A stretch of DNA of 64,000 nt from positions 347,598 to 411,597 of the forward strand of contig NMRA01000098.1 of the NCBI GenBank assembly GCA_002633005.1, given 5' to 3'. Source of the DNA: Phoronis australis. Its lineage: Eukaryota; Animalia; Phoronida. Of the stretch, positions 50,701 through 64,000 are shown in pieces. The position numbers and the translations under genes are program-made. Under the pieces are notes generated by a model. That model was not told the DNA's origin. It ran no database searches and saw only the letters and a list, made by a program, of their open reading frames with translations. How positions within the stretch are numbered: position 1 is the first letter of the stretch; each line of letters opens with the position of its first letter.

Positions 50701-52609
50701 GTAAGGCACCATTCTCTCCTGTGTTCATGCATTAAGTGTTTCTGAAGCTTGCAACATTTGCACTCAAGTAGTTTAGATCATCAATGACCTCTGTTGGTGT
50801 ATATGTGCATACTGTGCTTCTAACTCCGTCGTAAAGTTTTTTCACATTTTGTCATATAAGTTTTTGAATGTCTTTCTAAAACCAACAAAAAGATGTATTT
50901 TCTGACTGTCATGCTGTGATTGTGAATTTCAAACAGATGTAAAATGTTGGTGACTTGGTATTTGCACAGAAACTACTTTCTTACTTTAAGGACATAGAGA
51001 ACCATGTCCCAGATTTTTAATTTATTGTCAAACAAAGATGTCAGCTATGAAAGTTCCTTTATCTAGAATACAAGTCTTCAGTTTTCATGGCGGATGCATG
51101 TCTTCGTTCAGTTGTTGGAAGGAAAATAAAAAGCCTGAGACATGGATCCCTCGGCCCTAGACCATATGATAAGTGTGTAAGGTTTAATGTGTGTGGATCA
51201 CGCACATTAGGGAAATTGATGTGCAAAACTGCTTGAAGCATGGAAAATTTTATGGCCTGAAATTGTCCCATAAAGATTTGGCAAGTTGATGAAATTGAAA
51301 TCAGCTGAAGTTGTCTAGGTGGACTTTTATTGGACGCCTGAATAATATATTTAAAGAAATGTTTGTGGATTGATACAAAATCGAGCTTTAACTTGTACAA
51401 TATGTGAATTTTGCACTTTTGGAAAAATGTGCCACGCCCGGTGGTGCTGCAAGTGTACATTTTGTGTGTCATCCATTCACTCAATAGTCAATGGTGTGCC
51501 TTTGTCTGTCATGTTGTTCATAAATCATAGAACAAGGTCAAATTCAACTTATCAAGTATTTTGTCTATCCCACTTTTATGTCTTTTCCTACTAGTACAAA
51601 CAGGTTGACCAGGCAGACCCACTTTGACACATTGCCCAGATGGGTCGCATACTTTTAGGGCAATTGTACAATTATTACACACTATATAATTGCCAAAATA
51701 GTTATTTTTCCATTTTCAAGGGCTGATTACCGGTTTGCTAGAAAATGTTGTCTTATGTCACCTACACGTGCTTGTAACAGACTAAAATGTTATTATAAAC
51801 TTTAGTTTTATGGAGAAATTTAACAAACTAGAAGTTAAGTTGTTGGCCATGTTGTGTGCTCAATAAGTGGAGAATGATGATAATGCAATACCTATGAACC
51901 TTTACTATCTCAAATTCATAATTATCAGTTACTAAGGGATGAACTCGATCAAGCAATAAGAATCAATTTAATGAACATGTCTTTCGACTGTTTTGCATAC
52001 TGCTGGCAAAGAGAGTGCTGCAAGTCAATTTTGCAGCTACACGGCAGACTTGCTCTTCTTTATAACTAGTTTTGGTCAATGTTATGACTTCCTGTCATAT
52101 ACTCCTACGTTGATGACCGCTCTTCATTTGTCCTACATAACAATTAGTGTTTGCTCACTCAGTTCATAGAAATTCTGTATTAAGACCACTGACAGTAAAA
52201 ATTCTCCAATTTGGGTCAATCTTTAGGATTTGAGACTTAGAAACAGACAAAAATTGAGCTTTATTGACTCATGGGATTTGAGACAAAGGCGATTTTGCTG
52301 TTCACCATGATTCTCAAATTTCGGACAATGCATTTTCAATCTAAAGAAATGGAAATTTTGCAGTGATTTTTTAATTAGAGATGGGCAATATTACCTATTT
52401 CTAGAATTTGGGGCAAGATCCAACCTTGAGCAAAGTAAATATTTTTTACTGTCTCAAATTGGAATATTTTACTGTATTAATTCTTAATATTTTATCCGTT
52501 ATCAACACGCTGATATACAACTATGCAACTGTATACATGTATATGCATTCCCAAGTTTGGAAAAGATTCTTTCTATCGAGTCTGTTTGGATTTCCGCTAT
52601 TGACCGGTG

Positions 52610-52682
52610 GCCCTGATATCTCTGTAGAGTAGAGGGTCTGCACAGTTAGCAGAAAGTCCCCGGTTTGAATCTCGGTTGGGCA
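52610..52682 (+). mobile_element. Degenerate tRNA-derived SINE head
   Basis: GCCCTGATATCTCTGTAGAGTAGAG (A-box-like) and GGTTTGAATCTCGGTTGGGCA (B-box-like, closing the GCCC/GGGC acceptor stem). It is too diverged to be a functional tRNA. Confidence 0.55.
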
Positions 52683-53171
52683 GAGATCTGATCAGTCTTT
52701 CATAACTATAAGTCACGTGATGTGGCCAACAAATGGCGTGTATGAAGACTAATAATTCTTGCTTATTCTGTAAATATGTAAAGTAAGTTTTCCCGGGGTT
52801 TGCATAGTAGGCCAAAACGATCAGAATTAGAATGTTGCCTCTGTAGGATCTTTCATGGAACACGTTCTGTTTGTATTGATTTACTATACCTCTCTGCTAA
52901 GTAATCAGTTGCCCTAATGTCTCGGGCTGTAGACAGTTTTTGAAAGTCCCATGAGTTTTGTCTTGTCTTCAGAACATGTAAACATGGGGTTTTGTTATAA
53001 GATCAATGCGTCTTACTACAAGAAGACTTATGGCTTGTTTGTTTTTTTGTAAAGGCAGTCATGGATCATAGCCTCTACTTCTTTGTTTGAGTTACCTTTG
53101 TATGTATCAGCTCTGTACGTAAGTTAACCTTAACTGATCTTTGACTATTAAGCAAAAATGTTGTTGTATTA

Positions 53172-53246
53172 ACTGTCATGAGGACACTGTCATGAGGACA
53201 ATGTCATGAGGACACTGTCATGAGGACACTGTCATGAGGACACTGT
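53172..53246. repeat. Tandem repeat, about 5.3 x 14 bp
   Basis: Unit ACTGTCATGAGGAC, with one C>A variant. Confidence 0.95.
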
Positions 53247-56200
53247 AATTGTGTAATCTGTACCGCACTTATTATGTTGAATAAAAAGTTGAGAAAAAAC
53301 TTGAGTTAACGGTAAATGAAAGAAAATAGATCAAGTGGATTTTTATCTGACAGTTAAAACGATAAAACCCGCCTTCCATCACCGTGAAAAAGACTTTTAT
53401 GAAATTGGTTCCTTAGACAAATTGGAACTCATATCAGGGCTTCAGAAGAACTGACTGGTTGTTATTGCATAAGATCAGACACAACAAAATGGCTTTTGAC
53501 AGCGTGTCATTTTGCCCCAAGTTTGCTTTCGAGTTCTGACCACTGAAACATGGATTACTTCAATGACGACGTCATCAGCTACCTTCTACTTCAACTTCTA
53601 TTACTACTGAAGAGAGTATGAACGATTCAACTTCCCAGTTTACATCGAAGCTCCTCTCATACCGTATGAAAGGACCTAAAACAAAATGATGGGCTCTGGT
53701 GACTATGTGGACATCAGTTAAATTAGAGTAACTAGACATGTTTTAGTACAAGTTGCACCGGATCAACTTGTCCCTGCTCAAGTACCCATGTGGACAGACA
53801 GTTGGCATGAAGGAATAAACTGTCAGCTGAGAGCCAGCACAGCTGAGTTCATGCTGGGCTGCTAGTTTGCCAATTTTCAAAATATGGTGCCAAATCTCTG
53901 TGGATACAAACAGCAGAAGGGAAAAAATGCCTTTTTGAGTCTGCCAAAGCTCTATTTGTTGCTGTCTCCGGCTGTGAAGCATTGACCAATGTGAAGATGA
54001 CCCTACTGCCCAAAAGTATGTGTATTGCTAGGACATTCACCTGTTACCTGCATGTATCATCATTGGTTACCCCAGTATAAAAGAAATGCATACATCAAAC
54101 ACACAGCTCAACAATGCACAGACTTAAACATTTACCAATTGAAAATGAAGATGGTCTTACTGCCCGAAAATAGGGCACTACAACATTTAACTGGCACCTA
54201 TGTGTACTTTATTGTTTACACCAGTTTAAAAGAAACACAATCTTCAGCATTGTTTTCTTGCATTGCAGTTTCATTGACATTCCTGCTGTAATAATAAAGG
54301 AAAGTCTGGGGTTGTCTTCAAAATACTAATTTGTAGTATTTTAGATAGAAAACAATAACACCAAAATGGGGTCAATTTTGGCAAGTTTGAACTGTGTGTT
54401 ATCTTCTGAACAAAAAATCGATTGAAGAATTGTAAGAAGAAAGTTACAAAAAAGTGTTGATCTATTTCATGTTGCTCAGCTTTTAAGTAACAGACTTAGG
54501 TTGTTTTAGTTGCGGTTTCCAGTTCAGGGCAATACTCCCGTACAGGCGTCCTACATTTTGAGAAGCAATGTGAACCTGTTATTCAGTGGAGAAAACTGGT
54601 TCTCAAGACTTGACTGTTACAAAATTTTGTGTACTCGAGCAGCAAAACACTTTTTAAGATATTATCATAAGTTTATGTGCGCATTCAGTTCCTTCACTAT
54701 ACCCAGAGCCATGAACAACGCTTTGTCTGAGTGATTTCCATCCTTCCACTAACTGCTGACACCACATGTGTCATAATAGTGTGGACTCGCAGATCAGGTG
54801 CAACTTGCAATGGGCAAAGTGCTGGTCTAAACACAGCTGTTGTTATGACCCAGAAAGTACCAGTCTGCCAGAAATTTTGATTACAATGAAGTATGATTTT
54901 AGCTACACGTTCAGCATCAGCCAGTTGGTTAGGAAGGAAATATTTTTAGTTGATTAGATGTAAATGATGTTGACACTACGTTTTTGCAGATGTGCTTAAA
55001 CGATTAGACGAACATGATTGGTCTTCCACTTAGTGCAACCAACCTATTTCTGACTGCTTATATATATAAATGCTATACTTATAGCCACAAACGGCTTTCC
55101 CAACTTTCCCTGTATTACGGCTGTCATACATGGATGATTTGCGTTCTTGCCAAGGTTACACCAGTGGTTAGGGGTGGATGTTATTTTGAATTCTCCGCAG
55201 ACACCTAAGTACAGACAGTTAGAGGTCATTGTGGATTCCTCAAACATTTTTTCGCTGGCCCATCTCCTATCAGATTTCGTTTGCAAGCCATGATGTTCCC
55301 AGAAGCTAATAATCACAGACCAAACGGCAGGAATGCTATGTGTGGTTGTGAGGTGTGTGATTATGGATGAGCAAGGCTATCTTTGGTCACTGAATAAAAA
55401 GAAAGGAGAGTCGTTGTGACCTTGCTTGTCTAGACATAATTCATGTGATACAATGACATTGAACTAAATGAGAACTTAGCTGCTTTCTGTTTTGAGTTAG
55501 CTCGGACTGGTTCTCGGTCAGAACATATTTTAGATCAGTGTGACGTCTTACCGTCACAAACTAGTCATCTTTCCATGCACTTGACCGGACTACTGTAATT
55601 ATATTTCACCGTCCTAACTTTGAAGTTTCACCCTACCTGAGTATACAGTAGATGTCGTTTCACTTCTGTTCTTGATTTATTTGGAGACAAATTTAAAGTT
55701 GTACAGTGACAGTATGTGAGTGAGCAACAATGTCGAGAGTTTATCCAAAATGACGTGTGTGAAGTGGCAAGACAATTTATGACAATCAAGAAAAATAGTC
55801 TGGACCAAACTAAAATCTATTTTGGGAAAACTGATAATTAAATTCCTGTTTTATCCATAATGTTATCTGTTTTTTGTATTCTGTGTTGGTTGTTAGTTAA
55901 AAAACTGAAATAATCATTGTATGTGGTTTTGATATTTACATCAGTGCTTCAGGTTGCACAAAACTTGTGTTATAATCGAGTGCAACATTGTCCCTAAAAG
56001 TCAGTACCATAGTTGTCAAATAAGTCAAGTTTAGTTGAAACTAGTCTTTTAGTACTGGCGAATTTATGGGGAAAATTGTGAAGGACACACCAGTTAAGAA
56101 AGTTGTCTGTCATTGCTAGGGAATTTGCTGAAGTTATTGTTCTGTCAGGAAATTCTTCAACTTTTCATGTTAATTACTCTATGGTTCTTGCAAGATAAGA

Positions 56201-56649
56201 ACACTGTAGAGTTTTGCTGAGCAATCAGGTTGCCGTGACAACATAATTATACACTTGCCTTTTATCCTCAACAAAGAGTTTTAAACCAGGTTGAAAAGGA
56301 TGTCTGCTTCTCAATTTGTGGTACCATAACCGTAGATTCAGGTTTAATGTTGTGTGAAATGTCAACCTAGAGATATAGGTATTATTGGCTTAACACAATT
56401 CTGTCATGATAAACTATTCTTAGCTAGTCAGAGTGGCAAAACTTTTTGACAAAATCCTACGTCTTACTTCTTACGAAGACATGCTGACATGCGTTTCTCA
56501 CACCCTTACACATTAGGTTTGTGTTGTGATAGAGAGTTGTCTAACAAATCAAAATGTTTCTTTTCACCTTTTCTCTCTTTTGATGGTCAAAATGGTGATA
56601 TTCGTGTGTCTATAGTTTTGGTAGTCCTTAAAGTCCTATAGACAAGTTA

Positions 56650-57041
56650 CCTAAACTACACGGTTAACGGACTCATAAACACGGTCACGGATGCATGAAC
56701 ACGACTCATGGACCTGCAAACACCGTCCACTGACTCACAAACACGGGAACGGACTCACAAAACACGATCCATTCAGCCAAATACACAGGACACGTACTCA
56801 TATTCACGAGGAAACACGGTTAACAAACCGCCAAACACGGGTCACGGACATATCGCCTTCCTGGGTCAGCTGACATTTACATTTCGTCTGTAAACCGTGT
56901 TTGGCGGTCCATTAACCGTGTTTCTTTCGTGAATGTGAGTCCGTGTCCCATGTATTTGGGTGAATGGATTGTGTTTTCTGAGTCTGTTTCCCGTGTTTGT
57001 GAGTCAGTGGACGGTGGAGTCCGTTAACCGTGTAGTTTAGG
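56650..57041. mobile_element. Foldback MITE with TA flanks (Tc1/mariner-like)
   Basis: TA|CCTAAACTACACGGTTAACGGACTC...GAGTCCGTTAACCGTGTAGTTTAGG|TA. The arms extend more than 150 bp with internal ACACGG sub-repeats. Confidence 0.85.
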
Positions 57042-60028
57042 TACCTTGATAGAGTAGTTCAACAGCCAGCCACTTTATGCTATGACCAGTGTGTGCTGGA
57101 GCAGAGTTTGGTGAATGAGATGGATAAAATGATAATTGAAATTGAACAGATTTTTGTATTACATACACCAAAACGAATCATGATTTTTGAGCCGGGCTCA
57201 AAAATCCCTAATCCGAATACTTGGCCTTGCATTCTCTATCCATAATGGCGAAAAACTCTGAGTTGCGATTTTGGTATTGTTAGAGAATGAAATGATGACT
57301 GCCATAGGGATTCTTTGTACCAGAATCAAAGACCGTTATTTTTTTGATGTACAACGTAAAAAAATTCGATTTAATTTGAATTTGAGCTACCTTTTCCACC
57401 AAACTGGGATTCAGCAATAGTAGATTCAGTTGTTTAACAATCAGCTGTTGAACACTACAGAATCCTATAAGCATGCTGATGAGCACTTGACCACTTAGCT
57501 GACCAGTGACCAGGCAGAAGGGAAGGCTGAATGAGTGTTTACTCAGAACAAGAAACATTTGATGCAAGAGTTGAAGGACATAGGTCTGAAGGTCATCCAG
57601 ATGGAAACAGACAGTTCAATGGGTTTCTACTCTCATACCAATAAACTTCAGGCGAACTTTCTGACTTACAAGTGAAGTGGAGGGGTTTTGGCTAATTTGG
57701 CTTTGACTTGAGCCTTCAAATAAGCTGAATTTTGTATTGCTCCTGATCTGAGGAATCTATAGTCTTAAGAGGAAGTTGTTACTGGTTTTGAAAACACACT
57801 CAAATGAGAACTACCGTATGTCATAGAAGGTACTCCATAGGTCACTAGGTTGTGTTGATGAAGAAAGGGGTCCTGGTTTTAACATCTGAATAGATTGATA
57901 CCAAAAACTTGAAAGCACTTCATCAGCATATGGGGTTATTCAGAGTCGTTCCATGGGATTATCTAGTTGGAGTCATTTCTGTGGTAAATCCCTTGCTGGA
58001 CTAGCGCCTCCTAGTGAATTAATTGTTCCCTAAATGAAGTAAGGTGATGTTGCAAAGGCCTGAGGATTCCTGTAGTTTTTGGTTTTCTTCCATTTGCCTA
58101 AACAGTCATAAGCAGACCTATACTGTCTCGACTGAAGACAGATTTGCTAACCCTTCCATGGTGTAAAATGGAAAACAGTTGAAAACATCGGAGGGAAGCT
58201 TTGTAGCAGCATTTATTGCAGACAAGTGAGGAAATTGCATCATTTGCAAGTGCCAATTAGTTTGTTATTTGCATTTGCAACCATTGCATTCATGTTACAT
58301 TTCACCATGAGTGGATGTGACCCAAAAGAAAGTCATTGACCTACTTCTTGAACACATGTCTGTCTGTGCTCATTGTGCTATTCCCTGTGATGTCAAAAAG
58401 GTGCTGTTGAAAAAAATCCAAGAAGACTGGATTGGTTTAGTGGACTGGAGTAATAATCAGCTTCAGTCTGATTTGATGGATGTTTGAAAGACATAATTGA
58501 TTAGTTGTATTTTGTTTTGAAGTTATCATTATGACTTTGTTGGTAATTGATTATTAATTATCCAACTGCATGACAATTACATTACCTGCTGTCCATAATC
58601 TGAATCATGACAAGAATTTTGAATGTATGTGTTACCACTAATTTTGTCTACAATGGCAAAACAACTACGGTGAAAATTCTTCAATTTGGGACAAAAAATA
58701 AGTGTTAAAATTGCCATAATTATTTTCTTATTTTTCAGATGCCTACTACATTCTTACAAATGCTCAAAATTTCACCAAATGCTGTTTCGTAATAGCTAAA
58801 CCACACAAACCATGTAAATTTTCCTGTTTAAAAATATTTTATTGAGAAATTTGACAATATGAAATTTCCCTTGTTCACCATGTGTGTGTCTCTAAAGCTT
58901 GAGAATTTGTACGGTAGCTCTCAAGCTTTGAGATGTCTGGAACTGGAAATTATCGAATGCCAGATGTACTAGCTCCTCTCCAGTACATTTGAGCATACCT
59001 CAGTATTTGGGTGAGAAGCAAAACCCAAAACCATCTGTTCAAGTGAGCTGTTAACCATACCTTGCACATTGTTTAGAAGCAAGCACTGCATGGTAACATG
59101 GAGTTTAATGTAAAGTTGTCTAAAGTAACCTATTGACTTGCTGGCTTAGTCCTGAACTGAAATTAAGCCTCATAATTCACTGCTTCATTGCCATTTGAAC
59201 TTAGCAGTCATTTTGCTTTCTGTATGTGCTTTGATTCAAGGTTTCCCTGCTCTCCAACAGGGTATTATTGCATGTTTTCACGTTATGAATTCAACAAAAA
59301 CTTTGTGTTGCACTCTTGATGTGAACATATGTGACATCTTATGCTTACAAGTACGAATTTGTACAACTTTGTGCATTTAGCTTAAATATTTCCAAGTTTA
59401 TAGATTTCAAATTAGTAAAAGTATATTAGAATTATTTTCTGAAAGTTCTAAGCTTGTAAAATTTCCAAATTTTGACTTTATATGAATCTGACATTGATGA
59501 GATCATGTGGTCATGTTTTCAGTAAAATCTAGCAAACAACCTTATAAATAACATGATGAAATTTATTTGATATTAATGTTCAAGATGAAATCTCAAAAAT
59601 TTTGTTACAATTTTCTAAATTATCATTTTTTTTACGTTTTATTTCAATGTATTGATCAATAAGAAAGATGACTTTACTGCTCAGAATTCAAATTAATCTG
59701 GCAATTTTCATTTTACGGAACTTTTGATTTTTTTTGCATAAAAATCATAAATTAGAGTCTTATTTTTGATAGCCCCTCATGCAAAGTGGAATATTTTTTA
59801 AAAACAATTGAATGCAGAATTTTGGAGCACTGTATAAAGATGTGAAAGTCTCATATGAATCTGGTCGGCCATTTCTAAAATCCGTATTATGTTCCAAAGT
59901 TAGTGGACGTTTTTATAGGCTCCTACCATAATTTCGTTATCGTTACCAGTTCTTACATAAGATTGCTTATTCCAAAGGTCACATCCACAAAATGGGGCGT
60001 GTTCAGTTATCCTCCTCTGCTATTGTAG

Positions 60029-60203
60029 ACAGCGCCTTAATGACGTGTTCGACGTGGTGACAGTAGTAGATGCCCTGGACAGCCGTGACATGACAAACCT
60101 GAAGTTACTAGACCGGCCTGACCTGGGAGTCACCTTCACCAAGCTACATTGTTGGAGGCTCACCCAGTTCACAAAGTGCGTCTTCATCGATGCTGACGCA
60201 ATG
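60029..60203 (+). CDS. GYG1: Glycogenin exon 3 (DxD motif)
   Basis: TTGTAG|A to ATG|GTGAGT. Encodes [30 protein letters not shown]. Confidence 0.96.
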
Positions 60204-60808
60204 GTGAGTACTTCATGGTCTTCTATGGGGAGGGGCAAATGAGGGTGGGGAAGTAATGAGGGAGACACTCGTCACAGCAAAATTCAAACTTGCTTTGGCA
60301 ACTGAGTCAAACGTTTTTGTAGGTACTGAACACCAGTTTGTTTTTTACGTTAGCATACAATTTGAGGGACACCTTTAAGTAACCAGAGAACAACCAGTGG
60401 AGAACCCTGGTGCCTGCTGTTGACTCGACTGGATATTTTATCTGTTTCGCCTGCTTTGATGCCTCAATTTCACACAGTCAATTACACATCTGACATGTTA
60501 TCTTTTTGCCAAAATCATTTTATCACGGTATAAGGTATCTCGGGGCCCTCGATGACATGATGAGAGCATCGAGCTGATATTCTGCTCGATTCCCTTGGAA
60601 AAATACTTTAAAATTTCCCTCACCTGTATTTTTCTCTCACTCAAAAAGTTACCCCTCACAAAAGTCACTGGCACCTTTCCCTCAGGTGAGTAAGGACCCT
60701 ATATCTTATATTTTTAATGTTCTATTGGTACTATAATTTCTCTTTCTGTTTTTGTATTATCGTGTGAGATCGAACATCGTAGTGTATGTATTCTCTCATG
60801 TATTTTAG

Positions 60809-60971
60809 GTGCTTCAAAACATAGACGATCTTTTCGAGAGGGAAGAGTTATCAGCGGCCCCGGACCCTGGCTGGCCAGACTGCTTCAACTCTGGTGTATT
60901 TGTATTTTGTCCAAGTGAGGCCACCTACACAGCTCTCCTAGACTTTGCAGTGTCTGTAGGCAGCTTTGACG
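60809..60971 (+). CDS. GYG1: Glycogenin exon 4
   Basis: TTTTAG| to G|GTAAGT. Encodes [32 protein letters not shown]...GSFD. Confidence 0.96.
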
Positions 60972-61459
60972 GTAAGTGTTGTCAGCTTTAAGTGGAGATG
61001 ATTAATCTGATATTGCTTTGCTTACTTGAAGATGTAAACGTCATATATCAGCAGGGATTAGGATGGAAACGCGCACTTATAATCAGAAACAAAACTTTGT
61101 CTTTTGGCTTGAAATTTGGTAGAGGAAAAAGCCTTGCATAATTTTAAGCAATTTTATCTGTGAAAAAGATTTGAGCATTTTGATTCTTGTTCTTGATGAC
61201 TTCAAGCAAAATTGGCAATACCGCAAACACTTTTTATCTTTCTACAACCACAGTATTTATTTATTAACAATCCCTGGAGAATATTGAATTGCCCAAAATG
61301 TGATACAAACTTAGTTGTATCCACATGACCTTACGAAACGTTACTTCCACCAGCAACCCATAATTCACCAATGGCCACCAACATATCTACGCTGAGGTTA
61401 GAACATGTGAATGCTCGATAGCCAACACCTTTGCTTTTCACTTCCAATTTGTATTACAG

Positions 61460-61586
61460 GTGGTGACCAGGGTCTATTAAATCTATTCTTTAGCGACTGG
61501 GCAACCAAAGACATAAAGCACCATCTGCCTTTCTTGTACAACGTCGTATCTCAGGCCTTTTATAGTTACCTACCAGCGTTCAAACA
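61460..61586 (+). CDS. GYG1: Glycogenin exon 5 (autoglucosylation Tyr region)
   Basis: TTACAG| to CA|GTGAGT. Encodes [42 protein letters not shown]. Confidence 0.96.
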
Positions 61587-62627
61587 GTGAGTGTTGTCTT
61601 TCATTTTTTTCCTTTTTGTTGTTTACCAGAACATGAGTGTACCTGAGATGTGGTTTAGATTTAGTTGGATGATTTTTACTGTAACAGAGGACGATTGCAG
61701 AGAAGCCAGTAAATTGTTCTTTTTTGTTTATTTTATGACCCTTAGTGCATTTTTCTAGTGGTTGTGGAAGAAAGTGCTTATAGAGCCTTTTTCTGTTTTG
61801 AGATGTCTTATCTCTCACTTCATAAACACTGTAGTGCTGACAGACCATAGTTCTATGGGGTGTGGTTTCACACTGAAGTAACTGGCTTATCATGGTTGGG
61901 GCTAATGGCGCCAAACTTTTGTGTCTTAAAGAAAATAGTTCGCTTTGTTTCAATATGTTATCGAATTGTACAACTGATAAATTGGACAGTCAAATGTAAA
62001 CTGACCTGTCGTTTAAGAAGACACACTTGGGCATTTCTGCATAGATCCTAACCACTCCATTATCGGTGTCAATTCTGGTGCAGGCCTCTCATGAGGTTGC
62101 GATAGCGATGGTGCCATGACTCGTAGTTGGAGCAGGGTTTTCTGAACAAAGTAGTATGACCTGGATTTGAAAGAAATTTGCGTTAAAGTTGATTTCACAA
62201 AGCACTGGGTTGGTGTTGTCTGTGAGAATAGTGCATTTTATCCCTGTTCTGCCGTCAATGTTGAATCCTTCACCAAAGTGCTTTGGGGCTTAAAGATTTA
62301 CTGCACTCATCCGATCTTGATTTATTGCCAAGTGAGCTTTGTAAATCGTGTCACTGGCGATGTGTATATCTGCATTTTTTTTCTGCAATTTCGTTTTCGC
62401 CAACTCCAAGGAAGAGCTTTCCTGGGTCGCTGGTGGCTTCAGTGCTGTAGCTGATAACTTACATAGAATCCTATCATGTTAAAGGATATTGCAAGACCTA
62501 TTTTATGATAGTAAAAAGCCTTTTGAATTGCAACACAAAAGATTCTAATAGATCAGTTAACGACAAGTTAAAAATTTTGTTTACCGTCATGAATTTCTGG
62601 TGTGATGGTTCGTGTCAATGTGTGCAG

Positions 62628-62808
62628 GTTTGGTAAAGATGCCAAGGTGGTGCACTTCATTGGGCCAGTGAAGCCGTGGCAGAACGTGTACAACACAGCC
62701 ACGGGTCACGTGATCCCGCAGCAAGGAACTGGTCACAACGGAGACTTCCTCCAAATGTGGTGGAACATCTTCATGGAGTGCGTCTTTAAAAATCTGGACA
62801 GCACTATG
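62628..62808 (+). CDS. GYG1: Glycogenin exon 6 (gene continues; C-terminal exons not identified)
   Basis: GTGCAG|G to ATG|GTAGGT. Encodes FGKDAKVVHFIGPVKPW...FLQMWWNIF. Confidence 0.94.
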
Positions 62809-64000
62809 GTAGGTGTGGTGTGCGAGGGGGGATGGGGCGGCAGAAAGCAGCCCCACCCCCGTCAATGTTTGAAAGAGTCTTTGAGTGTGGCTGTGTGCAT
62901 GTGCTCGTGTGTTCGTCTAGATGAGTGCGTGTGCTTGTGTCTTTTGTGAGGTGTATTGGTGTATCTGTGCGTGAATATGTTTGAAGATTCATTCGTGAAG
63001 CCTTAATTTGATTTTTCTTCCTGACTTAAGTGTTATTCACAAGGTTGTAGTTGGGAGAACTTTGGGCGCTGAAAGACTGGCTTAAAGCCTATCTTGAACG
63101 GTAACACCTGTAGGTTTGGTTCCTTCAGTATGTTAAGAGCATCGCTCTGAGCTCACGAGAAAAACCTTTTAATTGAAACAGCTGCGAATAACACCCGTAC
63201 GCAATGGTGTTCTATTCAAACCCCTATTCAATACAACTGTTCTCGGCCTTTTGTTGTTTTGTGCTAGGATCTTGCGGTGCGGCAACATGGCACGAAACAG
63301 CAGCTTCACCTATCATTTGACGGGCTTACATATGAGTGATTGAACTCTCGTTTACTAAGTCTTTGCTAGGACTATCTGGTTAGCCCAATACATCTAAAAT
63401 AACAAAATTACGTTGAAGTTAGGCTTTATTTAATGTTGATATAGTAACTCAGTATATCATAGATTCACCACTGCCAACTGTGACTATTCCGGTTTAGTGT
63501 ATATGAACATGTCAAACTCAATATGGTGTGGAATTTATGACTTAAATGTTTGCAAAACATTCTGTTTTAGATTTTGCGATTTCGGATTTACCGAATTGTG
63601 AACCAAATAGTGCTGCGTAGGACTTTAAAAGTGCTGTCTAAATATTGGTGTGTGATTACACTGTAACATTTTTCACATCTTTCACCCGAGTGACTTGAAA
63701 TACACACATAACTTTTTGCTTGAAGTTAGAACAGTAGAGCTTGGGGTCTTCGGTGCGCTAATATTGAGCATGGAATTCTGGGTAAGATTCACTTACAGGG
63801 GTCCTGGATTTTGATGAGTTTGATGCCCATTATTCTGTGCAGAAAGCTGGTTCTCAAAATGCGGGCTCGTTATATCGGACCATTACGGATTTCATCGGCA
63901 TTGTCCTAAATTTTAAGGACACTTCCCGACAATGAATGTTGGTCTTTGATTAATGTCGGTAATGAAATGTGCAACAGTGCTTTGCAAACAGGACATTAAT

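Noticed and set aside
52610-52682. Functional tRNA gene
   Set aside because: The D-arm and T-loop consensus are broken, so it is better explained as a SINE head.
63268-63340. Possible terminal glycogenin exon after GTGCTAG
   Set aside because: The translation lacks the conserved C-terminal WE.G..DY.G glycogen-synthase-binding motif. The true exons probably lie beyond the window.

Overview
Intron-rich, AT-rich animal genomic DNA, most consistent with a marine invertebrate (inference), with a 33-N gap at 817-849. Five protein-coding genes can be assembled by hand from GT-AG, phase-consistent exons. These are the first exon of an SLC22-type organic cation transporter (-), a DDIAS/noxin-like gene (-, 3 coding exons, about 849 aa), an ITM2/BRI-family BRICHOS precursor (+, 4 firm exons plus a candidate first exon), a CCDC160-like gene (-, 2 exons, 316 aa) and glycogenin (+, 6 exons, 3' end not found here). 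DDIAS/ITM2 and CCDC160/glycogenin form two head-to-head pairs. Introns and intergenic DNA are full of transposon relics: two TTAA-flanked Kolobok-type deletion derivatives carrying THAP and P2X7-ballast-like stubs, a piggyBac derivative, a Gypsy pol relic, a Penelope GIY-YIG relic followed by a hammerhead-like motif, a HIRAN relic, a tRNA-derived SINE head and many MITEs with readable TIRs/TSDs. The best candidate for new biology is the BRICHOS precursor, which has a 28-aa His/Arg-rich segment just before its furin site and an acidic 22-aa two-Cys C-terminal peptide. All family assignments are from motif recognition by eye, not database searches.
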